64,000 bases of DNA from a virus (taxonomy: Duplodnaviria; Caudoviricetes): the IMG/VR virus record IMGVR_UViG_3300027333_000001, one strand, 5' to 3'. Every line of letters starts with the position of its first letter. Position 1 is the stretch's first letter. Below, piece after piece: positions 39,752-49,404 of this stretch. The notes under the pieces are model-generated. The model was not told the origin of the DNA, ran no database searches, and worked only from the letters and a program-made list of their open reading frames with translations. Made by a program: the position numbers and the translations under genes.

Positions 39752-40717
39752 ATGATTAAACTCGTTTGGCGAACAGATGTGCATTTTAGTGATTACACAC
39801 CATCTAAAAGAACAGGCAATTGGACGGATGATGTTTCAAAGAAATTAGAATGGATTGGCAAATATACACATGATCATAATATAGATGCAGTTATAGATGG
39901 TGGTGATTTCTTTGATATTAAAACACCATCTAAAAACTCACATTCTCTTGTAGGTAGAACAGCTAAAATCCATAAAGGTTATGCTTGTCCTGTCTATACT
40001 CTTGTAGGCAACCACGATGTCAAATATGGCAATATAGACTATATAGATGAACAGCCTTTAGGTGTCTTATTTAATGCAGGTGTCTTTGATCAGTTTGGAT
40101 ATGATAAAGAAATTATCTTTGAGAAAGACAATGTAAAAGTAAGACTTGTAGGTATTCCATATCATGGTACTTCTTACGATTGGGATTTAATCCGATCTAT
40201 AAAGAAAGGTGATGAAGATTATTTATTAGTAGCCTGTCATTTATTAGCCAGCGAAAAAGGTGGTGTAGGTGCTATGTATGAAGGTGAAGATATAGTGCCT
40301 TATAGTGATTTATTACATCAAGGTGTAGATGGTTGGTTCTTTGGTCATTGGCATAAGGATCAAGGCATAGTTATTAAAGATAAAACTACAATCGTAAATA
40401 CAGGTAGCTTAACTCGTGGTGCTTTACATTTAGATGATTTGGAAAGAAATCCGTGTATTGTAGAAGTGATTGCAGATAAACAAGGCATTTCATTTAATAG
40501 GATTGACTTACCTGTAAGAGATGTCTTAAGTGCTTTTAAGGTAGAGGAAACAATAGCTAAAAGAGAAAATAAAGATAAGATGGAAGAGGTTGTAGAAAAG
40601 ATGAGATCACTGTCTATTGAAAATCATGGCATGAGTTTAAGAGATAGGATTATGCAAGTAAAAGATGTAGAAGATATAGTGAAACAAATCGCAGTAGAAT
40701 ATTTAGAAAAAATATAA
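39752..40717 (+). CDS. sbcD: SbcD/Mre11-like metallophosphoesterase nuclease
   Basis: DVHFS, GGDFFD, GNHD, GHWH, NTGSL motifs. Confidence 0.9.
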   Translation: MIKLVWRTDVHFSDYTPSKRTGNWTDDVSKKLEWIGKYTHDHNIDAVIDGGDFFDIKTPSKNSHSLVGRTAKIHKGYACPVYTLVGNHDVKYGNIDYIDEQPLGVLFNAGVFDQFGYDKEIIFEKDNVKVRLVGIPYHGTSYDWDLIRSIKKGDEDYLLVACHLLASEKGGVGAMYEGEDIVPYSDLLHQGVDGWFFGHWHKDQGIVIKDKTTIVNTGSLTRGALHLDDLERNPCIVEVIADKQGISFNRIDLPVRDVLSAFKVEETIAKRENKDKMEEVVEKMRSLSIENHGMSLRDRIMQVKDVEDIVKQIAVEYLEKI

Positions 40718-40755
40718 GAAAAGCATCCAATCACTATTAAAAAGGTGTATGCTTT

Positions 40756-41757
40756 ATGGATTTGAATAGTAAAATACTTTCAAGTGTAATTCTTGAAAGT
40801 GAAGATGATATGAATGTTCTTTATTGGTCGCATTTAAAGGTAATGAGAGAATGTCCACAAAAATTTCTGTGGTCAAGAGGAAATCCTGAAATTGATTTAG
40901 GTGCAGGTTATGGCAAACCTAAACCTTTACCTGCTGAAGAAGAAAGAGCAAGTGAACATTATGCTTTAATGGGAAGTGTCTTATCAAGAGTAGTTGAACT
41001 TTTATATAATGATGAATTATGGAAAGAACCTACTTTATTAAGAGAAAGAGTAGAAGAAATTGCTCGTAAAGAATTTATCCTGCAGGAAGGTGGCAAATAT
41101 CTTGATTGGCGAAATATGCCTAGAGAAGAGGCTATTGCTACTTGTATAACAGGTGCAGTCAACTATCTTAAGATTATGAAACATAATAAGCTATTGGGTC
41201 CTTATGCTAGATCAGAAGTAAAAATGGAAACATGGCTAACACCAGCTATTAAAGATTTAAAGATTTGTGGTATTGCAGATTTAATCTTTAGAGATGGTAA
41301 TGATAAAGTACATATTTTAGATGGTAAAAATGCAGGCACCCCGGGCAAGTATGAAGATGATGATCAGTTAAGATGGTATGCCTTATGTTATAGATTAGCT
41401 TATGGTGTAAATCCTGATCGTTTAGCTTTCTTTTATTTCAGATTTCCACCAAATGAAAAACCTGATATTAAATTTGATGGTGATTGGAATGGCATGGTAG
41501 AAGTATCATTTACAGATGATGATATTAAAAGACTTGCCAAAGAAGCATTAGAAACACAAAAGGCAATTCAAAAGAAAAACTTTGAGCCAAATCCTGTACC
41601 AAAGCATTGTGTAAATTGTGCATATGAAAGTGTATGTGAACCTAGACAAGCACAAAAGAAACATAACTCAGCTAAAAGAGGATTAGGCAAAACAAGTACA
41701 ACAGATCCATTTGATAATAATAACAGTTTGCCTGTATTAGATTTTGGTAAAAAGTAA
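40756..41757 (+). CDS. Cas4/AddB-like PD-(D/E)XK exonuclease with Fe-S cluster
   Basis: CPQKF, GIAD, ILDGK, QLRWYA, C-terminal CVNCAYESVC. Confidence 0.85.
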   Translation: MDLNSKILSSVILESEDDMNVLYWSHLKVMRECPQKFLWSRGNPEIDLGAGYGKPKPLPAEEERASEHYALMGSVLSRVVELLYNDELWKEPTLLRERVEEIARKEFILQEGGKYLDWRNMPREEAIATCITGAVNYLKIMKHNKLLGPYARSEVKMETWLTPAIKDLKICGIADLIFRDGNDKVHILDGKNAGTPGKYEDDDQLRWYALCYRLAYGVNPDRLAFFYFRFPPNEKPDIKFDGDWNGMVEVSFTDDDIKRLAKEALETQKAIQKKNFEPNPVPKHCVNCAYESVCEPRQAQKKHNSAKRGLGKTSTTDPFDNNNSLPVLDFGKK

Positions 41758-41808
41758 ATTTAATAATATAAGTCATTTGTCATTTCTATTGTGTAAAGGA
41801 TCTTGTAT

Positions 41809-42087
41809 ATGACAAATGAAGAAATTAAAGTTTTGATTGATAAGAAAACAGAACTTGAAAGAAAAAAAGAAAGACTTTTAGGTAAAATGGAAAGTGCAAA
41901 AAATGCTTTATCTGAACTAGATGATCGTTTAATCGCAATGAACATTAAACCAAGTCAGTTAGAAGAAGAAATTCAAAAACTAACTGATCTAAAAGATGAA
42001 ATGCTAACCACCTTAAATAAAGAAGTTCAAGATGCAGAACTTTCTCTCAACAGAATAGAACAACGAATCAAGGAGATTTCACAATGA
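41809..42087 (+). CDS. Small coiled-coil protein
   Basis: All-helical heptad pattern; AAAGGA RBS. Confidence 0.6.
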   Translation: MTNEEIKVLIDKKTELERKKERLLGKMESAKNALSELDDRLIAMNIKPSQLEEEIQKLTDLKDEMLTTLNKEVQDAELSLNRIEQRIKEISQ

Positions 42088-43271
42088 AAATTGTAGTATC
42101 AAAAAACGATTTAAAAGAAGCATTAAACCTTGCTCAAAATGTATTAGGATCAAGTGCAGATATTACATCTCACTTTGTATTTGAAATTGATGATAAAAAG
42201 AATGTTAGTATTCTTTCATGCGAACCACCTAGACTATTCTCTAAAGTACCTTTAACAGGATCAACTGCTGAAGGTGAAGGTCAATTTACAGTAGACGGTA
42301 AAAGACTTTTACTTGCAGTAAGCAATATTGCAGATACAGAAACTTTAACCTTTACTGAAAATCAAGGTACTGTTAAGTTAGCTACTACTAAAGGTACTTT
42401 GACTTTTTCATCTCTTGATCCATCTTCTTTCCCAAGCTGGTTATCTCAATATGCAGAAGCAAAAGAAGTTAAAAAGATCGCAAGCGAATTATTGCATGAA
42501 GGTTTAAATGCAGTTAAGAATTTCATCTCTGTAGATGAAACTAGAAGACCTGAATTATGCCAAGCATCCATTAAAGATGGTTTGCTTTATGCAACAGACA
42601 GCTTTTCTATGTGTCTTGTAAAAAATCCTGTGTTTTCAGATTTTGAATTGAAAGTACATTTCAAGGATTATCCTGCACTCTTAAAATTCTTAAAAACTCA
42701 TCAAGGCTATGATGTTACTTTAAGCGAAACAGATAAAGCATATTTCTTTACTGCTGAAGGCTCTTTATTAGGTTTGATGAAAACACCATTTACACCTTTC
42801 AAGATTCCGGGCAATTATGCACAGTCATTTGATTGGACACCAAGACGAGTTTGGATTTTAAATAAACAAGATTTACTACAATCTATTAACTTTCTAGGTG
42901 CAGGTGCTGATAAGAATGATTTCATTATGGCATTTGAACATCCTGAAGGTTCAATGACAGAACCAACATTGTCTATGGATTCATCTAATAGCAATGATCC
43001 ATTGGTAGTAAGTATTAAACAAGCTATTCCTGAAACAGAAGCATTAGATTTCCCAATGAAGATGTATTTTGACAGTGTGAAAGCAGAAGATAAGAAAGAA
43101 GATGTTGCCAAATTCAAGTTCAATTTCTTATACCTAAAGAAAGCAATTGAGAATTTAGGAAATGAAGTAGTCTTAGGCAGTACAAAAGAAGGTACTTATG
43201 GATATATGCTTTTAAGAGATAAGACAGCTTTAGATACAGATATTGTATCTATTATTGCATGGGTGAGATAA
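42084..43271 (+). CDS. dnaN: DNA polymerase sliding clamp (beta-like)
   Basis: MKIVVSKNDLKEALNLAQ, FTVDGKRL, SSFP, ISVDETRPELC, LYATDS; three-domain length. Confidence 0.75.
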   Translation: MKIVVSKNDLKEALNLAQNVLGSSADITSHFVFEIDDKKNVSILSCEPPRLFSKVPLTGSTAEGEGQFTVDGKRLLLAVSNIADTETLTFTENQGTVKLATTKGTLTFSSLDPSSFPSWLSQYAEAKEVKKIASELLHEGLNAVKNFISVDETRRPELCQASIKDGLLYATDSFSMCLVKNPVFSDFELKVHFKDYPALLKFLKTHQGYDVTLSETDKAYFFTAEGSLLGLMKTPFTPFKIPGNYAQSFDWTPRRVWILNKQDLLQSINFLGAGADKNDFIMAFEHPEGSMTEPTLSMDSSNSNDPLVVSIKQAIPETEALDFPMKMYFDSVKAEDKKEDVAKFKFNFLYLKKAIENLGNEVVLGSTKEGTYGYMLLRDKTALDTDIVSIIAWVR

Positions 43272-43327
43272 TTATCATTGATCCTTTCTCTTAATTTATT
43301 ATAAGTATAGAGAAAGGATTTTTAAAA

Positions 43328-43939
43328 ATGAATATAAAGACAAGACTGCATACACTTAAAGCACTTAAAGACACAGTAGAAAATAAGATCAATAAGCTGG
43401 ACAAAGAAATTAAAGACAGGGATATTCAAATTCTTAATATGCAATCTGCTAATCTTCTTTTAGAAAAGATTAGTGAAGAAGAAGTAGAGAAAGGCATCAA
43501 TACATATATTGCTTTACTAGATGAAGGATTAAAAGCTATTTTTCCTGAACAAGAAGTTGGATTGAAAGCTGAAATAGATAAAGTTCGTGGCAAGGTTTCC
43601 GTGCGATTGAAAACAACCTTTAAAGGTGCAGATGGATTAGAAATTGAATCTGAAAGTTTAGATGCTTTTGGTGGAGCAGTGGCAACCATTCAATCTTTAT
43701 TATTAAGAGTAGCATTAATCTTAAAGAGAGGACTAAGACCTTTATTAGTTTTAGATGAAACCTTTGCACCTGTAGATGAAAATAGAATACCTTTGTTAGT
43801 AGATTTCTTAAAGGTATTATGTAATAAGCTAGATATGGATATATTATGTGTTAGTCATAATAGTGTCTTAACAGATAATGCAGATATAGCATATAGGATT
43901 AAGCCTACTGCAAATGGTGCAGTCTTTGAAAAGATTTAA
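43328..43939 (+). CDS. sbcC: SbcC/Rad50-like ATPase, C-terminal half (signature, Walker B, D-loop, H-loop)
   Basis: AFGG signature-like, LVLDETFAPVD, CVSHN; no Walker A. Confidence 0.75.
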   Translation: MNIKTRLHTLKALKDTVENKINKLDKEIKDRDIQILNMQSANLLLEKISEEEVEKGINTYIALLDEGLKAIFPEQEVGLKAEIDKVRGKVSVRLKTTFKGADGLEIESESLDAFGGAVATIQSLLLRVALILKRGLRPLLVLDETFAPVDENRIPLLVDFLKVLCNKLDMDILCVSHNSVLTDNADIAYRIKPTANGAVFEKI

Positions 43940-44715
43940 AGACCATAGCTTGCTTTAGTAGCATTGTAATTATTAAGAATTATTGCATCGCTGATGGCAT
44001 CATTCCATATATGGAAAGCACCTAATCTAAAAGTACCGTCAGCTCCACTTAACATATTTGTACCTGACCTATAGCCTATATTGTAATAATATCCTACACC
44101 TGCGGGTCCATTATTATATGGTGTTTGTCTATTATTTTTAGCAAAAGTTCCTGCAGGTTGACCATTTATATATCCCTTTAATGTTGAGCCATCATAAGTA
44201 AAACCTATATAATGCCAATTATTAACACTAATTGTTGCAGTAGAAAGTAATGTTGTTGAAGTCACAACTGAAGTATATTGCCAAACTCCAAATCTTACTT
44301 TATTTCCACTTACCATTTCTATTTGTGTATCATACCATCCACCCGGTGCATCAGGTGTTGTAGAACCTTGTTCAGATAAAATAGTACCTATTATTGAGCC
44401 TATTGGATATATCCATATAAAAAGAGAAATTGTAACACCTGTATTAGCTGGCGATAAATAAGGATTTAAACTTGTGCTTGTAGTAACATACTTACTACTA
44501 CCATTATCAAAAAAGAAATAACTAGGTGTACCACTTGTATAAGGTACAGAGCCTACAACAGTACCATTAATAGTTCCATCCAAATCTGTAATTGTTGTAC
44601 CTGATCCACTATATGATGATGAGTTTTGAAAATCCCAATATGTGATCATACTAGAACCTGTAATAAATACAGGTTCAGAAGATGGTTTTATTATTCCGTG
44701 TGTCGCTTTAAGCAT
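43936..44715 (-). CDS. LamG/ConA-like lectin-glucanase domain protein
   Basis: TISLFIWIYP, NNWHYIGFTYDGSTLKGYING, IWNDAIS...NYN motifs; start revised to MLKATHG. Confidence 0.85.
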   Translation of the reverse strand: MLKATHGIIKPSSEPVFITGSSMITYWDFQNSSSYSGSGTTITDLDGTINGTVVGSVPYTSGTPSYFFFDNGSSKYVTTSTSLNPYLSPANTGVTISLFIWIYPIGSIIGTILSEQGSTTPDAPGGWYDTQIEMVSGNKVRFGVWQYTSVVTSTTLLSTATISVNNWHYIGFTYDGSTLKGYINGQPAGTFAKNNRQTPYNNGPAGVGYYYNIGYRSGTNMLSGADGTFRLGAFHIWNDAISDAIILNNYNATKASYGL

Positions 44716-44819
44716 ATACTTATATCCTTTCTCTTTTAGAAAAAAAATAAAACAGATATAAACCAACTGCTTTTATTGTATCATATAAAGCACCACTCAT
44801 ATCATAGGCATACGAATAT

Positions 44820-45200
44820 ATGAAAACTGAAGGTTCTGTTAAACATAAGCTAAAGCAAGTCAAATATAGAATAGTTCAAAAAGCTATTCGGACTTCTTTA
44901 TCTAAAAAACCATGTAATTGTACACATTCAGGTTTGGTGAGAGGTGCAAGTGGTGATGATTTGTTTTATGTATGTTTATTAGATAGTGATAAACCTAAAC
45001 TTTGGGAAGGCACTATTTGTGACCAATCTGTACCACCTAACTGTCCTTTCTTTAAAGTAGAGAAAACAAAAGAAGAAGTAGAACAGGAAATAGAAGATTT
45101 ACTGCAAAGTGGTGACATGGGAAAAATAGCAAGTATATATCCTGATATCGCTGCCCTATTATGGGTTTTAGATGAAAGCAAAGAAGAAGATGAGCAATAA
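44820..45200 (+). CDS. Cys-rich hypothetical protein
   Basis: CxCxH, C, C..CPFF pattern. Confidence 0.6.
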   Translation: MKTEGSVKHKLKQVKYRIVQKAIRTSLSKKPCNCTHSGLVRGASGDDLFYVCLLDSDKPKLWEGTICDQSVPPNCPFFKVEKTKEEVEQEIEDLLQSGDMGKIASIYPDIAALLWVLDESKEEDEQ

Positions 45201-45639
45201 AATACCTTTTGAGATTGTGAAAATAGAAAACAAAAAAGCACCTTTGTTTTTAGAGTTGCCTGTTCCACCATATTGTTATCCTATCTTAGTAGGTGGCAGT
45301 AAAACTACTACTTTAAAATGGATGGAAAAAGCTACTCAAAACAATACTGTTCTTTGCTGGTCAGTTAATAACTCTACTTTGGAATCTATATCAGATGAAT
45401 GTATTAAAGCTATTAAAGAAAGAGCCAAAACAGATAATTGGAACTCATTCGCAAGCACAGAGGAAGATGCAGTAAAGAAACTCAAATTAGAAGGTATTGA
45501 AAAGGTAAAAAGAATAGGCGATATGGTAGTGCCACAAGAACATGATTTATTAGGTACGATCATTATCTTTGAAAACAAGTTTTATCCTGTGATACATAAT
45601 GCTATCCGTGCAATATGCTTTATTGAAAATAAGGAGTGA
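45190..45639 (+). CDS. Hypothetical protein (start revised to MSNKIP)
   Basis: Overlaps the upstream stop; operon-like. Confidence 0.55.
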   Translation: MSNKIPFEIVKIENKKAPLFLELPVPPYCYPILVGGSKTTTLKWMEKATQNNTVLCWSVNNSTLESISDECIKAIKERAKTDNWNSFASTEEDAVKKLKLEGIEKVKRIGDMVVPQEHDLLGTIIIFENKFYPVIHNAIRAICFIENKE

Positions 45640-45640
45640 T

Positions 45641-45994
45641 ATGCCTATACCTACAGATGAAGTGAAATATGAGAGAGATTTAAAAGAACTTAAATTTTAT
45701 TGGGAAATTTTAAATCAAGTGTATTACTCAACCATATCAAGACTGCATTTATTAAGACATGAAAATCCATATTTCATGTCACAGATGATGTATGGTATCA
45801 ATATGGCAACAGATAGTATTTTGACTGCATATAATAAAGACAGTCAAGTCTTAATCTGTAAACACTGCAAGCAATTATATATTAAAGACTTCCCTTGTCT
45901 TAATAATAATAAAATGCCTTGTGATCCAATAGAGTATCATAAAGACATGACATTTGAAGATATGTATGACTACACATCCAAGAAAAGAGGATAA
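45641..45994 (+). CDS. Hypothetical protein with CxxC motif (start revised to MPIPTD)
   Basis: AAGGAG RBS; CKHCK. Confidence 0.55.
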   Translation: MPIPTDEVKYERDLKELKFYWEILNQVYYSTISRLHLLRHENPYFMSQMMYGINMATDSILTAYNKDSQVLICKHCKQLYIKDFPCLNNNKMPCDPIEYHKDMTFEDMYDYTSKKRG

Positions 45995-45999
45995 GAAAA

Positions 46000-46305
46000 A
46001 TGAGTGAACTTAAAGGCAAGTTATTAGAGCAACAAAAAAAGTTCTTAACGATTGCGACAGATTTAGGCAATTTACTTGAAGAGAAAAATCAAGCCTATGG
46101 AAATGCTTTTGTAAAGATCACAGAAGTCTTAAAGATTTTATATCCTGAAGGCATTAAACCTGAACAGTATCAAGACTTAGGATTAATCATTCGTATATTA
46201 GATAAGCTATCAAGAATAGCTAAAGATAATGATCCATTTGGTGAAGATCCATTTAAAGATATAGCTGGATATGCAATTTTAGCACAGGCAATTAGAAAGA
46301 AATAA
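46000..46305 (+). CDS. DUF1599-like (nucleotide-modification-associated / pyrophosphohydrolase-fold) protein
   Basis: EKNQAYGNAF, IRILDKLSRI, DPFKDIAGYAIL. Confidence 0.6.
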   Translation: MSELKGKLLEQQKKFLTIATDLGNLLEEKNQAYGNAFVKITEVLKILYPEGIKPEQYQDLGLIIRILDKLSRIAKDNDPFGEDPFKDIAGYAILAQAIRKK

Positions 46306-46347
46306 TTCAGCATTGATATAATATAAGTATCTCTGAAAGGATACTTT

Positions 46348-46716
46348 ATGAAAAATCAAAATCTTTATACACACCTATTCAATTTAAGACAGATGCTACA
46401 TTCTATTATGCAATATGATAATTGTAGATCTTTACAATATGCAGTAAAGCTAAATATGATTACTCATCTCAATGCTTTCATGGATCAATTGCATACTCAA
46501 GAACATCTAAATCCTATTACTCTTATCTTTGAAGATGAAACAGTAAGCAAAACACCTTCTATTAAAGAAGTATTAGATGTGCAAAATCAGATTTTTTCAT
46601 TTGCACAATTAGTAAAAGATTTGGCAACACTAGATACTAACTTTAATGTGGTTGCTCTTGTCTTTGATGAAATGAAAACTCATTTGTCTAGTTCTTCATA
46701 TATGCCAAGCGAATGA
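46348..46716 (+). CDS. Hypothetical protein
   Basis: 122-aa ORF with AAAGGA RBS. Confidence 0.55.
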   Translation: MKNQNLYTHLFNLRQMLHSIMQYDNCRSLQYAVKLNMITHLNAFMDQLHTQEHLNPITLIFEDETVSKTPSIKEVLDVQNQIFSFAQLVKDLATLDTNFNVVALVFDEMKTHLSSSSYMPSE

Positions 46717-47144
46717 CAAATATGATTGATTTGTTTTGCCATTAAAAAAACTTTTTCTGTGGATTTGATTACAGACACTTCTTTAAGAGCAAAAGACCAA
46801 TCATCAATCACAGCACCACTAATTTCAATATACCTGTGTAAATAGGATAACATTTGTTTTGAATGTACTTTTACATTTTTCTCTACATATTCTGTTATGT
46901 ATGTTTCAAAAGCCACATTATTTAAATACCAAGTCCAAGTATCTTCATCTTCCCATATAATATGAAAGATAAAAGTTAATTGTCTTATGTCATTTCTGTT
47001 CTTTGGTCTTTTAATTTTTAAATCTAATTGATACAAGACATTTTTGTGATCTTCAAAATCTAAGTCTTGTGATCTATAGATATAGTTATAATTGCCTATA
47101 AGAGAATAGTGTATTGCTTGTTCAAAAAAGAAATTTAGTTTCAT
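46680..47144 (-). CDS. Hypothetical protein
   Basis: 154-aa ORF. Confidence 0.5.
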   Translation of the reverse strand: MKLNFFFEQAIHYSLIGNYNYIYRSQDLDFEDHKNVLYQLDLKIKRPKNRNDIRQLTFIFHIIWEDEDTWTWYLNNVAFETYITEYVEKNVKVHSKQMLSYLHRYIEISGAVIDDWSFALKEVSVIKSTEKVFLMAKQINHICHSLGIYEELDK

Positions 47145-47181
47145 ATCTTTGTACTCCGTGTATTATAAACAAAAAGATAAA

Positions 47182-47210
47182 TTGAAAATTGCATCTTTTA
47201 ATAATATAAG
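47182..47210 (+). promoter_or_regulatory. sigma70-like promoter
   Basis: TTGAAA-N17-TATAAG before 47246. Confidence 0.55.
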
Positions 47211-47245
47211 TGAAACTGAAACCACATTCAAAGGATTAAAAAATC

Positions 47246-47752
47246 ATGAATAAATGGAAAGCTGAAAAAATCGATCAAGATGTGATCGAATATGTTGTAG
47301 GAAATTGCCATCCTAAATTGGTAGATATTCTACATGAAATCCAAATCGTCTTTAAAGACAAAGCAGGCAAGACAGGTGGCAAATATAATTTAGGTAAAAT
47401 CCTAAAAGCCCCGGGTATCCTTACTGTACTTGGTGATAAAGAATATCAATTTATTCTCGAAATCGGATATGATCTATGGTCTAGCTTAGACAACAGCCAC
47501 CAAATTGCTCTTGTTGATCATTTACTTTGCCATATCGTTGCTGAAGAAAATGAACAAAATGGTGAAATGACTTATACCATGCGAACACCTGATGTGTCTT
47601 ATTTCTCTGAAGAAATTGATCGCAATGGTAATTGGAAATCCGAAGTCTATGCTTTATTTGAAGAAGATCAAAAGAAGAAAGATGAAGATGAAAAAGCTAA
47701 GAAAGCTAAAAAAGGCAAGCAAACATCTTTAATTGAAGATACTGATGATTAA
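47246..47752 (+). CDS. Putative phage metallopeptidase-family protein, catalytic Glu replaced
   Basis: YQFILEIGYDLW...IALVDHLLCHI, PDVSYFSEEIDRNGNW; HLLCH instead of HExxH. Confidence 0.65.
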   Translation: MNKWKAEKIDQDVIEYVVGNCHPKLVDILHEIQIVFKDKAGKTGGKYNLGKILKAPGILTVLGDKEYQFILEIGYDLWSSLDNSHQIALVDHLLCHIVAEENEQNGEMTYTMRTPDVSYFSEEIDRNGNWKSEVYALFEEDQKKKDEDEKAKKAKKGKQTSLIEDTDD

Positions 47753-47768
47753 ATAAATTTAAGCAAAC

Positions 47769-47797
47769 TTGCAATAATTCTTATTCTCATGTGTTTA
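47769..47797 (+). promoter_or_regulatory. Conserved TTGCAA-N17-TGTTTA motif, copy 5
   Basis: TTGCAAtaattcttattctcatgTGTTTA before 47834. Confidence 0.65.
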
Positions 47798-47833
47798 TGT
47801 AGTATCTAAACAAACTCAACAAAGGAAATTCAA

Positions 47834-48085
47834 ATGATGAATGAACTTGTAACTCTCTGTAATACTAATGAACACCTTGCACAAAGATACCATTGGTCTT
47901 TAAACAATGATGTTATGCACTTGATTGGTGATGGCATCACAGGCACTTTCACTACCAATGAAAGAACTAGCAATATCGTTGAATATGAACTTGTGATTGA
48001 TGGCAATCTTATTGTTAAAGATCATATTGTAGACAGTGATGATGTTGCATACGATTTAATGAAGGCAATCAGAAAAGAAATCTAA
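47834..48085 (+). CDS. Hypothetical protein
   Basis: 83-aa ORF with AAAGGA RBS. Confidence 0.55.
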   Translation: MMNELVTLCNTNEHLAQRYHWSLNNDVMHLIGDGITGTFTTNERTSNIVEYELVIDGNLIVKDHIVDSDDVAYDLMKAIRKEI

Positions 48086-48609
48086 TATCCAAGTTCGATC
48101 AATCGATCATACCATTTTAAAAGTGTTTTAAATTCTTCTACTATTAACAAAAAATCCATATATAAAGTATGTAAGACTTTCTCATATTTCACATACTTGG
48201 TATTTGTAGTGTACTTTGGCACTGATGCAAAAATCAAGACAAGTTCTTTATTCTTAGCTATGATCTTTTCCAATACTGCTTTATCTCTTATTAATGTACC
48301 TACACTTGCTCTCTTAAAATAATTCACACCTAAAGTAGATCTCAATGCTTTCATCATTGACTCTTCATCTACAGGTGCAAACTGCCATCTGTATGTATCA
48401 CCTTCTATTGAATCAATCTGCTTTCTTAAATTCTTCTGAAAAGTCTTTAAAAACTCACTCACATTATTTAATTTTTCAATCACTATGCCTGTCTTATCCA
48501 TTGTGATCTGTGGATTATTTGATGCCATGTTCTTTTTAAGATTTCCTACCATTATGTCAAATAATGGCATTGAGATTTCTATGTTCTTTAATTCATCTTC
48601 TAGTTTCAT
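48082..48609 (-). CDS. Hypothetical protein, paralog of 48682..49248 (start revised to MKLEDE)
   Basis: Ends LLKWYDRLIELGY; AGGA RBS before 48609. Confidence 0.6.
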   Translation of the reverse strand: MKLEDELKNIEISMPLFDIMVGNLKKNMASNNPQITMDKTGIVIEKLNNVSEFLKTFQKNLRKQIDSIEGDTYRWQFAPVDEESMMKALRSTLGVNYFKRASVGTLIRDKAVLEKIIAKNKELVLIFASVPKYTTNTKYVKYEKVLHTLYMDFLLIVEEFKTLLKWYDRLIELGY

Positions 48610-48681
48610 TCTAGTCTTCCTTCTTAATAACAAATTTATACTTAGCATCTTTATAAATCTATTATTAAAGGACATACCTAA

Positions 48682-49248
48682 ATGAAACCTGATCTTACTA
48701 ATATTGATCCTTATGGATATAGTGCAGTTCCTAGTCATATCTCATATCTTGTGTATACTGCAGGAAAAAACATTTCAGTTTTACAGCTCTTATTGGCTAA
48801 AATGTCTGATACTGCTAAAATTTTCTCTTATCCACAAATCCCTGAAGATAAAAGACAAATCATGACAGATAAATTATCTGCATTTTTAGACAAAAACAAA
48901 CAATTTAAAACTCAAATGGAAAGTTTTCAGTCACTTCTTAAATGGAAGAACATTCATGGTGTTGTAGATCATAATGATCCAAATCGTTTTCTTAAAAAAT
49001 CCTACTTTCGTAGGATTGCTGATCATGGTGGTCTTGATGCAGATGTAGAAAAGATTAAAAAGCAAATAGTAGAGATGGACACCTGTTATCCTAAATTTGA
49101 AAAAATCCAACAAACATTATTCGTTGAGCCAGCTTTTAGAAAGTATTATGCACCATTAGGATATAAGTATAATCAGTTTGTTGAAATTCATAAAGAAATG
49201 AAAGAACTTCTTAAATGGTATGAACGACTAATCCAACTAGGTTATTAA
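48682..49248 (+). CDS. Hypothetical protein, paralog of 48082..48609
   Basis: Ends LLKWYERLIQLGY; AAAGGA RBS. Confidence 0.6.
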   Translation: MKPDLTNIDPYGYSAVPSHISYLVYTAGKNISVLQLLLAKMSDTAKIFSYPQIPEDKRQIMTDKLSAFLDKNKQFKTQMESFQSLLKWKNIHGVVDHNDPNRFLKKSYFRRIADHGGLDADVEKIKKQIVEMDTCYPKFEKIQQTLFVEPAFRKYYAPLGYKYNQFVEIHKEMKELLKWYERLIQLGY

Positions 49249-49253
49249 AATTG

Positions 49254-49394
49254 CCTTTATGTCTGTTTCAATGCCTTTGTATTATATAAAGCAAAGAAGA
49301 AGTGTGTCAGCTTTACATAATGGTGTTGTAATTCCTATGACCTGTTTAATTTTCACACTTTCTTAAACAGACAGGAAACGAACAGATATAAAGG
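49254..49394 (+). ncRNA. Candidate structured intergenic RNA / leader
   Basis: Nested stems: 49254-67/49381-94 (14 bp), 49297-306/49354-64, 49306-09/49338-41, 49313-17/49327-31. Confidence 0.3.
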
Positions 49395-49404
49395 TTTTAC
49401 TCTT

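Noticed and set aside
40756-41757. Cas4-like gene as evidence of a CRISPR-Cas locus
   Set aside because: No cas1/cas2 or array in the window; the context is phage recombination genes, where solo Cas4-like nucleases are common.
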